Source: the human T2T-CHM13v2.0 reference genome, Homo sapiens. Taken from it: a stretch of DNA of 64,000 nucleotides. Shown here piece after piece: positions 53,919 to 64,000 of the stretch. Numbering within the stretch: position 1 is the first letter of the stretch; the number at the start of each line of letters is the position of its first letter. Below the pieces are notes generated by a model that searched no databases, was not told the origin of the DNA, and saw only the letters and a list, made by a program, of their open reading frames with translations. The stretch lies in NCBI RefSeq assembly GCF_009914755.1, contig NC_060926.1, one strand, 5' to 3'. The position numbers and the translations under genes were made by a program.

Positions 53919-54161
53919 AAGAGAAGCCAGATTGCTCCAAGGCCCGCTGTGAAGTCCAGTTCTCTCCACGTTGTCCTGAAGATTCTGTTCTGATCGAGGG
54001 TTATGCTCCTCCTGGGGAGTGCTGTCCCTTACCCAGCCGCTGCGTGTGCAACCCCGCAGGCTGTCTGCGCAAAGTCTGCCAGCCGGGAAACCTGAACATA
54101 CTAGTGTCAAAAGCCTCAGGGAAGCCGGGAGAGTGCTGTGACCTCTATGAGTGCAAACCAG
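53919..54161 (+). CDS. CRIM1: CRIM1 internal coding exon (exon 3), 243 nt, phase 1-1
   Basis: Polypyrimidine tract tctttctctccctttt, ag at 53917-53918, donor CAG|gtatgc. Translates (E)EKPDCSKARCEVQFSPRCPEDSVLIEGYAPPGECCPLPSRCVCNPAGCLRKVCQPGNLNILVSKASGKPGECCDLYECKP with GECC cysteine-rich motifs. CpG-rich relative to the flanks. Confidence 0.97.
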
Positions 54162-55275
54162 GTATGCACGAGCTCTGTCTCAGCAGCCTTGTTCCTTTGC
54201 ATCAGAGGGTAGCAGATCCCTCCTCAGCCACCCCTGGCCTCTCCTTTCACACGAAGATGGGCCTTCTCACCGGTGTCCTGTGAATCTGCCACTTTGGGCT
54301 AATGGCAGCTTGACTTCTGGCCTTCTAGTCAGAGAACCAGAGTGATCATCCACTGGTACATAAGCGCCTTCGGAGAGCGAGCGTGTCTTTTCCTCTTTTC
54401 TTCTTTTTTTCCTTCAAAGTATGCTTGACTGGGGAGGTAGGGTTAAAATTTATGGTACTATGGCAATCTGCTTCATTTCCCCAGAGAAGGTCAGAGACCT
54501 TATTTGCAGCTATATCTGCCACTTTGAATTATTACATTTAAAAACAATCATCATACGTAAAACAGAAAGTTATTTTTAGATGAATACATGCATCAAAACG
54601 CCAGAAGTTTCATAATGCAACACTCAGCCCCAATCTTTCTCTTTGCCAATTCCCCCGCATCTGCCCTCTTTACTTTATAGCATGTGCCAAGTCATCTTTG
54701 ACTGTTTACTCACCCTCTTTGCCAACATTTGATGTACTGTTGTATCCCAGCTGTTTCTTGCTTTATATTATTTCTAACATCCTTGCTCTTGTGGCAGCAT
54801 TTCCGATGTGGTCTGTGAACACTTCTGAGTTATAGCGATTTCCTCTTTGCAAGTTTCTAATCATCGGCCAGTTGTTTTTTTGTTTGGGTTTTTCTTTTTC
54901 TTTCTTTCTTTTTTTTTTTTAACTGCTAGATAAACGCTCCAAGCAAAGTGATCCTTTGTCCGTCTCTTGAACTATTCTATCAATCAGAAATGCCTCTGGC
55001 TAACTGTCACTATCCATGTAACCACTGCTGGTTTAATTCTTTCTCTGTCTTCATTGTAGCTCTTAAATATCTCATCCCCACCTCTTTCCTTACACAGAAA
55101 ATTTGAGGAATATTGCAGTTCTATAGCATTAACTGGAGTAACATGTCGACACTAGGACTGGGTTTGTGGAAGCAAGGAGACTTTGGACATTTGTCAAGAG
55201 CTAGTATTTCATTTAGGGACTCCAAAAGCAAGTAAATATAACAATAAACGGTGCCTCTCTGTTTGCCCCTTTCAG
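54162..55275 (+). other. CRIM1: CRIM1 intron 3, 1,114 bp, GT-AG
   Basis: gtatgc...ttcag, and the reading frame is continuous across the junction (CCA G|TT TTC). Confidence 0.93.
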
Positions 55276-55396
55276 TTTTCGGCGTGGACTGCAGGACTGT
55301 GGAATGCCCTCCTGTTCAGCAGACCGCGTGTCCCCCGGACAGCTATGAAACTCAAGTCAGACTAACTGCAGATGGTTGCTGTACTTTGCCAACAAG
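55276..55396 (+). CDS. CRIM1: CRIM1 internal coding exon (exon 4), 121 nt, phase 1-2
   Basis: Acceptor gtttgcccctttcag|TT and donor AAG|gttagt. Translates (V)FGVDCRTVECPPVQQTACPPDSYETQVRLTADGCCTLPT(R), in frame with exon 3. Confidence 0.96.
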
Positions 55397-56899
55397 GTTA
55401 GTTTGCCATTAGTTTGTCAAGTTTTCTCCTCATTTGTTAGCATCATCTAAGGTACATTTTGAGCATGCAGTTTGTTTTCCCATGAGAAACCTAGTCCTTT
55501 CCTGTTTCTCTGGAAGAAATCACTGAACTGTTTGCATTACTTGGTATTTATATGTATCTTTCCTCAGATCAAAACCAGGTGTCATCAGGTTAAGTCGTTA
55601 AACCTTATAGATTCTTTCTGTAAGGGTGCCTGTACACTTTTGAGGGCTGGGACCTATATAAGCAAATATGCCCCTCTGTATATAGATAGGGAGGCAGGCA
55701 GTGAGGTGTCTATCAAGAGTAGACACATCATTTGATCCTCTGCAGTGAATCTTGTAGGTGCTTAAACAACATGTTCAATGTGATGAAACATTGGGACCCT
55801 TGATGTTTGGAATCACACATCTACCCAGACCCATTTCTTGCTGAGGTCAAGAGGAGTCTTAATTCTTACAATGCTTTCTGGAATAACAAACACATCTCTC
55901 TTTGGCTTGACTGCGGGGAAGAGCCACTGTCATTTTAACCCTAGTAGCAGGGCATGCACTTAGCCCCCTAGAACTAGTTTTTCTCTAGAACATGAGGATC
56001 TCCGGGTCCTGTCCTTTTTAGTCTACAAAGCACCACCATAGAGCTGTCCCTCCTTCGTACTTGGCTTTGGGGAAGACTGTTCTTGGAAATGTAGGGTTTA
56101 CAGTCTGTTTTCCCCCGACTACTCACCCCTCTTCTCTGCCATGACCTCCCTTCCATCTTTTGCAGGTCAACAAGCCATCTTTATGACTAAGTCATTTCAT
56201 GTTTTTCAGCTTTCGTTCTGCGTTTAATAGGATGAGTTAAAACTGTGCCTTATTTAACTCAATTTCCAACCTCTTCTTCCTCAGTCCCAGTGCTAGGCAT
56301 TTAGCTTCTGGGTTTGTTGCATGAGTACCTGTGATTATGCAAATGGTTGGATAAGATAGGAGTAGATGTGGTCCATAGGTAAGGTAAGTATCAGTTATCT
56401 GTCCGTAATTGAAGAGACATCCAGAATTTGTTCTGATAATTACTTTTTCCTTCTTTCTTCTCATAAAATAAGTTAAATCCTTGGCATCTCCTAGCCTTTG
56501 TTCTGTCAAACCTAGTATTCTCTAAGACATATCCTTTATACTGTATTATAAAACAGATGCAAAGATTTTTGTGAAGATAACATACATTGGTGCAGCCACC
56601 TTCCTATGACATTAGAATATGATAATTTATGTGCAGATGCTTAGGAAGGGGTGAAATATCTTGCAAACATAAGGTATTACTAATCAGTAAAGGAGATAAA
56701 TGGAGCATCGCTAACAGTAACAGATGTCCCTTCAGGGTCTTCCTGAAAAGGAAGGTGGTACATTATATTGGAGAACCTAATTAATCAAAACTAAGCCGGT
56801 TGTTAACGAGGTAGTCCTTTAGTGAGGAAAATGGACAATTCTCAGTTCACTATTATAAATGCCACATAGAGCCATCTGCACATAGGAGGCACGGTCAGC

Positions 56900-57165
56900 T
56901 ATTTTTTCAGTCACTCTAGGGGGTTGAAATGGGTAGAAGCTACAGGAAGGTATATTTAGTCTCAATTTAAGAAGAAACTTTCCCACAACTAGTGATGTTC
57001 TGTAATGAATTGGCTGCTTCCTGAGGCAGACAGAGCTCCTTGGAGCTGGATAGATTTCTTTCCGTCTGGATGGCCACCTGCCCGGAATGCTTACAAGAAT
57101 TGTATTAGGTTGGAAAGGAGGTTGAACTAGCTGCCTTCCATTTTATCCTCAAGCTTCTGTGAGTC
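56900..57165 (+). mobile_element. L3/CR1 3' remnant
   Basis: gaagctacaggaaggtatatttagtctcaatttaagaagaaactttcc resembles the CR1/L3 3' end. Confidence 0.55.
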
Positions 57166-57419
57166 TAGAAAATAAAACTTGAAGATGATTATTACTGTGT
57201 TGACATAATTTTGACTTCAGCATTCAAAAATGAAGAATGGCCAGAGTTAAATTTGCCTCTAATGAAGACATTGAAAACATAGAGAAGGAAGTCATTCAAC
57301 ATCCCACTGTAAATTATTTGCAGAGAAGGGATAGGTTCTCACAGCTCTTTAGTTTCCTGTATGTCAGATCATCAGTGACCCATACTCATCCCCTGCTCAT
57401 TTGTTCGCTTTGAACAGGG

Positions 57420-57782
57420 TCTCCTCCTCCAGCTCTCTCACGAGTCCTGTGCCTTTGCAGTTGCCACTACCTCTTCCCGGACTCCCTTCTGCATACATAT
57501 AGGCAGCTTCTACCTCTCCTTCAAGACTGCATTTCCTGCTCTTTGAAGTGTTGTCACTCTTCGGCCCCTGAAGATGACTTAAGTGTCCCTCTCTGCTCCC
57601 TTGTCATCCATCCCCTGTGTATCTTTTTATCATAGCACTTTTCATAACACATTGAACATACTGATGTTTTTTTGTCTGTCTCTCCTGTCCTGTGTGATTG
57701 TCAAGGAAAGGGAGTATTTTGTAGCCTCTTGTACCTAAATATAATGTGTCAGCCCACATCTGTTGGTGAATGAATGGATGAA
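57420..57782 (+). mobile_element. L2 3' region
   Basis: Pyrimidine-rich L2 text ending tgttggtgaatgaatggatgaac. Confidence 0.6.
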
Positions 57783-59694
57783 CAAACAGGCCCTCTCTTA
57801 GCCAAGATGATTTATATGTTGAAGAAAAGAAAAAGAATGAATATTTTTAGTTTCTAGTTACCTTCCTGCCATTGGGTTGTAATACTACTCCCTGTCTCAT
57901 TTTCAAATCCTTGCACTTTTCCCCCAGTCCCCACTTTATGGTGCGGTACTCCTCAATCCTGTAGAAACCCTCCATTCCAAGCACAGCAGTCATCTCTCAC
58001 AGCATGGGATGCCTTTCACTCTCCATTCCATCTCTTTTCATATTGCTCATCCAGCAGGACTCTAATTAATTTCTCCTCTGTCCACGTGGTCTTCATGCTT
58101 CAACCAACAGGTCCCACTGCCTAGAAACTTCCCACATAATCCTTTCCTATGCTGTCAGTTAATTATCGACTTTCATACATTGTTACTGAATTGTCGAATG
58201 CGTGAAGTCTTGTCTTATCAGCTATACGATGTTCCTAAAGGTCAGGAATTGTGTCATCTTTTCTTTTCCTCTGTATGCATTAGTGCTGAATGAGTCGGTA
58301 AATGCAGAATATACTCAAGCTGTGGCTTAGACCCATTCAGCCTAGTTTAGCATATTCAGTGGATTCCTGCTTACTAAGGAGGGTGATGGGATGATAGGTT
58401 GTACATTGATTAGAGAATAACAACCCAAATAATCATGTGAAAATGGAAAAAAAAAAGCCTAACATGTAATAATAATGGTAGTATTTTAAGAGAAAAACTA
58501 CGTAACTTTATTCTTGTGTGTGAGCCATGTCAAATGTCCACTCTTTAAGAGCATATTTAGGCATAAAGAAGAAGATTATAGAACATATAAGATCCTATTA
58601 TGATTATTTGACTTTTACCAGCATACTTATAAGAGCATTGTTAAGAAATTAGAGCCATTTGAGAGCAAAGCTGATTATGTGGAGAAATCAGGGGAGAAAG
58701 CTATTTACATTTTAGGACATAATAAGGTAAAATATCTGAAACTTTAGCTGTAAAGAATTACATTCAGTGAAAGTAACAACTCCCTTTTTATAAGAATTTA
58801 TTGCACTTTCATGGGCTAGAAAGTGGGTTTGTGGACTTTTCTCCCCTATCTTGAAGAATACATTCCTCCCTCCTTCATTCCCATCCAAATGGAATTGCCC
58901 TTCCCTATGAGACTATTTCACCCATTCGGGCCCTTAACTGCCCCATTTCTGTGTGAGCTTGATTTGTTAGTTTTCTCTGGAATTGTATGTTTTCAGTTGA
59001 TTCATTCATCTATTCATCAAACATGAATTGAGTTCTTAAGAGTGACAGACACTATTCTCCGGATGTTCTTACTGTGCATGGGTTTCACTTTCCACTTCTA
59101 TCCCTCACAAATACTGGTTTTCCCTTCTACCTGTGGCCTTTGTGAGTATAGGCTCTTCCTTATTTCCTTGCTGCCTTTCTGTCTTGTTTAATGGCCTTTC
59201 ATTTTCACTTCTTTTGTGTCTTTTCTCTTGAACTTCATCCTGTTTAAACATCATTCTTGTGTGTGATGTAATTAATTTTTAACCATTATTTGATTCTTCC
59301 TTCCCTCAACTTGGCATAGATTTCCAGGCATCCCGCCGTTTCTTTTTATCCTTTTTTCTTCTGTTGGCATGAAGACATGATATGAGTTATATGGCAGTGC
59401 ATTCTACCTTTCAGGAGAGGGTGGAGAGGGATAAGAATTAGTGGCTCTGGGACTTATACTGGGCCTAAACACTACACAGTGACAAAAAGGGAAAATGGGA
59501 CTGTCTGTGAGGTTTAGGACACCTTGTGGTCCTTGAAAGTCCCTTTGTGAGTGTCTGCATGTGTGTGCATGTACAGATGCTGCTGTGCATAAGAGAATTT
59601 ACAACAGAAACTTAAAAGACAGATACATTAATGCAAATTATTTCTTTGCAGGGAAGAAAAAAACCAAGATAGTCTTTAAGTGACATATAGATAA

Positions 59695-59935
59695 CAATAG
59701 CAGTCACACCTTAAATGTGTAAAGTGCCTTGCTGTTTATAAAGCATTTTCCCTATTCATATCTTACCATCACTTTAATTCTATGAGGAATTTATAGGTAT
59801 GAGAATGGAGATTGAGATAATAAGAGACTTGCAGAAAATCACAAATTTTCCTTGGTACAAGAGACAGAGCAGGTTCAAGGCTTCAACCCAGGTTTTTTAA
59901 TTTTTTTTTTATTGAAAACCCTGTGCTCTTTCCAC
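59695..59935 (-). mobile_element. MIR
   Basis: gtttataaagcattttc...ctatgagg...ggcttcaacccagg...gtgctctttccact. Confidence 0.6.
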
Positions 59936-60039
59936 TGGAGCTTTTTTGATAACAATGTTTTGTTGTTTTTAAGTCCAAGAAATATATCGGGGAATATGAA
60001 TTTATATCTCACCAACACATTTCTATCTGCATACCACAT

Positions 60040-60430
60040 ACGTGTTTCAGTTATTCACTGCTGTGTAACAACCGCCCCAAAAGAAGTAGCTGAAAATGAC
60101 AAAGATTTATTCTTTGTCCTGATTCTGTGTGTTGACTGAGCAGTTCTTCTGTAGCCAGCTGGCAGGTTGACTGAGACTGGATGTCCCTCCCATGTTTGGA
60201 AACTCAGCTGGGATGGCTGGAAAGACCCCTCTCCCTACATGATGTCAGAAGCAGGAGAGGAAGTTGCAAAGCCTTTGGAGACCAAGAGTTGGAAGTTACA
60301 GAACACTTCTGCCATGTTCTGTTGGTCAAAGGAAGTCCCAGGTCAAGCCCTCATTCAAAGGTTTGGAAAGTAGGTTCCACTTCTTGATGAGATAAGCCAC
60401 AAAGAATTTGTGGCCATTTTTAATCCACCC
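60040..60430. mobile_element. MaLR (MLT1-type) LTR
   Basis: tcagttattcactgctgtgtaacaacc...cacttctgccatgttctgttggtcaaa...gaatttgtggccatttttaatccacc. Confidence 0.75.
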
Positions 60431-63400
60431 TAATCTACATTTAACCAAGATAGATGCCCTTTAGTTTTCATTTTCTGATTGCAGGAATTTGGTGGTGTGT
60501 TTCAGAAACGTGATTCTTTTCCAAAAACTCATGCCCTTCTGGCCCTGGAACTCTGGGTCTTCAGGTGAAATTCGGGCAGCATTATAGTTAAGCCCCCTGT
60601 GTGCCCAGCAGCTCTTTTTCTGCTTCTTTCTTCACTTGCCATTTGGCAGTCCACCCAGGAGCAGACACGTGATTTAAGAGCCTCTGAGCCACCGCTTCAG
60701 CTTTAATATCATTTAGCCAACCATTATTTTTAACCTTCCGCTTCTTGAAGAGTGCTGTGACCACCTAGGTTAAACTAGGTTTTCTCCCATCATACAAAAG
60801 GGAATGCTACTTTGGGATACCAGAAAATCTGCCTGATAAAACCGGGTCCATTTTTAAAACAAAACAAAGCTTGCAAAGATGTTGAATAGAGATTCTCCTC
60901 TGTAATGGTTGAGCTTACCTGAGAGAAATGGATTCACCAGAGGCAGATGCATTTGAAGGATGGATCCAGCCTGGGCTATACATCTGAGAGTCCATGTTCT
61001 CCTGGTGTCCACCAGCCCAGACCTCAGCCCAACTGGGCTATTTCTCAAGAAGATAGAGAGTTCTAAGACCACAGTGTTTTCTCTGCACTTCCTACTCCTT
61101 GCTCTCTCCAGTGTTTGGACCTAATTTTACAGACTCTTCACTTTGCCTCCGTAATTTTTCACCAGTGTTTCAGATACAGGCTTACACGGTAGACATTAAC
61201 TAGTTAAAAATCTAGACAGTAATACCTCCACCTTACTCACTTTCACTGTAAGTCACGAGTTTTTTAAATACCCTACGCCTTTTGATAAGTAACTTTGTAC
61301 CTTTTTATTATTGACAAGTCACCTATTTTAAATTTATTTTTATGAAATTTGTCCCAAACTTTTTGTTCTAAAAGTTCTGTTATCAATTTGTTTTATAAAT
61401 ATGCCGTTCTTAAAAGTTATTGAGAAAAGTCCAATCCAGCTATTTTAAGGTAGAAATAAATTAAGTCATTGTTTATAATGTCCAAAAACTTAAAATAGAG
61501 TTTCTTCTGGGTTGTGTGCATTTCAGAAAGCCAGATTCCCAAGCTCCCTCCTGGCTCCTGCCTCTCTCTGACCAAGGGCCTGATACTCTTCCAGAACCTA
61601 TATCTGGAACATGTGTATCTCTTGTGTTCTGAGACACTAGACCAAAAATCCTATTTTATTTTTAAATCAATCTTCAGAAGTATTTTTTTGACTTGTTTTT
61701 TTTTTTTTCCTTAGCTTCAAGGTAATTAAAAATGTTAGATTATCTGTCAGCTAATATGTTGACTAATATGTGACTTCTGTTTTCACCAAAAAATGTAATA
61801 GAATATGTTGGACACATGAAATTCTAAGTACAATTTCACTAGAAATATTGACAAGCCAGAATCACAGAGCTCAACACAGGAGGCAGGCTGTATCACTCTC
61901 CTGTTTCATAGAGGGAGCATTGTGGAGCTGGAAGGGTCCTAGCCGGTGCACATCAGCGGAACAGGTCTGTCTGGCACTTACCACTGAGCTGCACTGTCCC
62001 TTGTGGCCCTGGGCTCACTCACCACCAGGCCCTCTCCAGTCCTGCCTCTCAGGAGCCCTAACATTCTGTGTCATGCACTTTGTTATTGTCTGTAAGCAGA
62101 CACATACCTGTGAGTAAACCATTCCGTAGCTAAAGAATACTCCTCTGCACATCACCTGGTGCTGTTCAGAAAGGGCACGAATCATGTGTCCAGAGCTAGA
62201 ATCCAGGCCCACTTCGGCATGAGTTTGGGTGAGGCTCTCACATTGTCTGGCTCGGTTTTCCAGTCGAAGAAAGGAGGGGAGGAAGGATTTGATTGTCTCA
62301 AAAGTAACTTCTACCTCTAAATTCTTTGACTTTCCAAAAGCCTTTAGAAGGGAAGGAACCCAAGCCGCTAGCGACAGGAGACTCCTGGGAAACAAAGGTA
62401 AAGAAAAATTTTAGGAAATTTCAGAGCTCAGAAAATAATGGGAGAGATATATGGCTCGCCTAGGGATAAGAAAAGGAGAAAGTCCAGGGGAAGTTATAAA
62501 AGAATTATGGGTTTTTTCTTTAAACTTTCTTAAAAAAACAAAACAAAAAAAAACCTTAGAAACAGCAAAATGAAATAAACTACTAGAGTAATGATTTAAG
62601 CCAGGGTAATCAGAACTGGTTGGATTGTGAAAGCTGAGTAACAATTCAGTAAAATAGATTACGTATTTGGTCAGTGGTTAGTTGACTATTGTTAGTTAAC
62701 CTTTTTTTTTTCTTTACATCTATAAATAGATAGTCCCTACGTAGCAGAAGCAGAGAATATCTGGCCAAAGGCTGACTCCGCAAGATAAGGATTTACTCTG
62801 TTAAACTGCTTTCTAATAGAATGTCGATATCTCTGCCTGTCAGCCTGCCTTGGTAAATGTGCTGGAGAGGGCCATGTGTGTATGGTTCCTGGTGCCCACA
62901 CAGGCTCACCTGTGTGAAACTGCATCAGCCCATACATGGCTACTTGCTGGCTCCTGGACCCATATTTGCACTTGTTTCTCCCCTTCTGTTGCCACATCAC
63001 TTTCCCTGAGGTCGGATTGTGTGTGTGTCTTCTCTGTCTTCAGCTGCTCCGTATTCATATTGTTCTTTTCTGTGTTTTACATTTAATCGTGCATACACAC
63101 ACAGAATAATATTCATGGACAAGTTTTAGGTTCTCTTTTCCTAACTTTATGATTGGACCATTTCTTTCTGTCTCTTAAAATGAAAAAAGATCTACTCAAA
63201 GTGACTTTTTTCCTTGTTTGAACCTCAGCTTTATTTCTCTCCCATAAAACATTGACCTTAGAAGGCAATTTCCCACTCATATCCTGTCCTATCATCACAG
63301 CTCCAAACTCTGTAACTCCAGGAAAGGAAATAAGATAAAAGGAAGGATGGTAGTCCCATTGTGTCTGAAAAATATGTCAAATATACAGCCCATGACCAGA

Positions 63401-64000
63401 GCGAAGGTCATCAATGTCGTTTGCTTTCACTATAACATCTAAATATTTGCACCAAGCTGCTTCAATTTGAAATTGTGCTCTCAAGAAAATTCATTTTGTT
63501 GGTGCTGTCTTGCATTATGATAATAGAATCTTAGCAGATTGCTAGCACACTGTTTCTTGTGAATAGATAGAGATGTTTAGAAGAAGTTTTCTGGGGTTCC
63601 AGAATTCACAGCCTGAAATTGACTCATACTGGATGAGGCCAGCCGAATGGAATCTTTGGCAGGTTATCCCTTCCCTTCAGAAGCACTTGAGTTAAATCCA
63701 ATTAATCTAACCACATAGCTACAGTGAGTGAAAACAAGGTACAGATTTTAAAATGCTCCAATCGGTTAAAACAGTTAAATAATTACATACTCATCGAGGA
63801 CCTCATGGAAGGCAGAACACTGGGCTTGGTGTGGGGTATAGTGGTGAATAAAATGTGGCACATGCTTTAAAGAGTCTTAACATCTTACAGATATGACCAA
63901 TGCCAGTTTCAAAAAGGCTCCCAAGTTTTGGAAGGTAATAAGAAGGAAACACACAACATGCACACACACACACAGTCATCTGCCCTCAAGGAAAGAATCA

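Overview
This is primate, very probably human, genomic DNA from inside the CRIM1 gene (cysteine-rich transmembrane BMP regulator 1) on the + strand. It holds the end of intron 1, three coding exons (9269-9442, 174 nt; 53919-54161, 243 nt; 55276-55396, 121 nt; from memory exons 2, 3 and 4), a 44.5-kb intron 2, a 1.1-kb intron 3 and the start of intron 4. The rest is intronic: nine Alus, L1/L2/CR1 and MIR remnants, MER5/Charlie DNA transposons, a MADE1 hairpin, MLT LTRs and microsatellites. Almost all ORFs in the track are chance or Alu-derived. The most notable unexplained structures are: (i) a non-Alu 191/192-bp, about 95% identical inverted repeat (19052-19762) that would fold the pre-mRNA into a long hairpin, plus a third partial copy at 21086-21141; (ii) a 210-bp local duplication pasted into an L2 element (14588-14796, from 17957-18166); (iii) circular-RNA coding potential, with a 188-codon junction-spanning ORF in the 538-nt exon 2-4 circle and stop-free endless ORFs in exon 2 and exon 2-3 circles, bracketed by oppositely oriented Alus; (iv) a candidate 16-nt poison microexon (10877-10892) that makes TGA exactly at its junction with exon 3. 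Repeat family names and boundaries were judged by eye and are approximate. No prokaryotic systems, CRISPR arrays or RNA genes were found.
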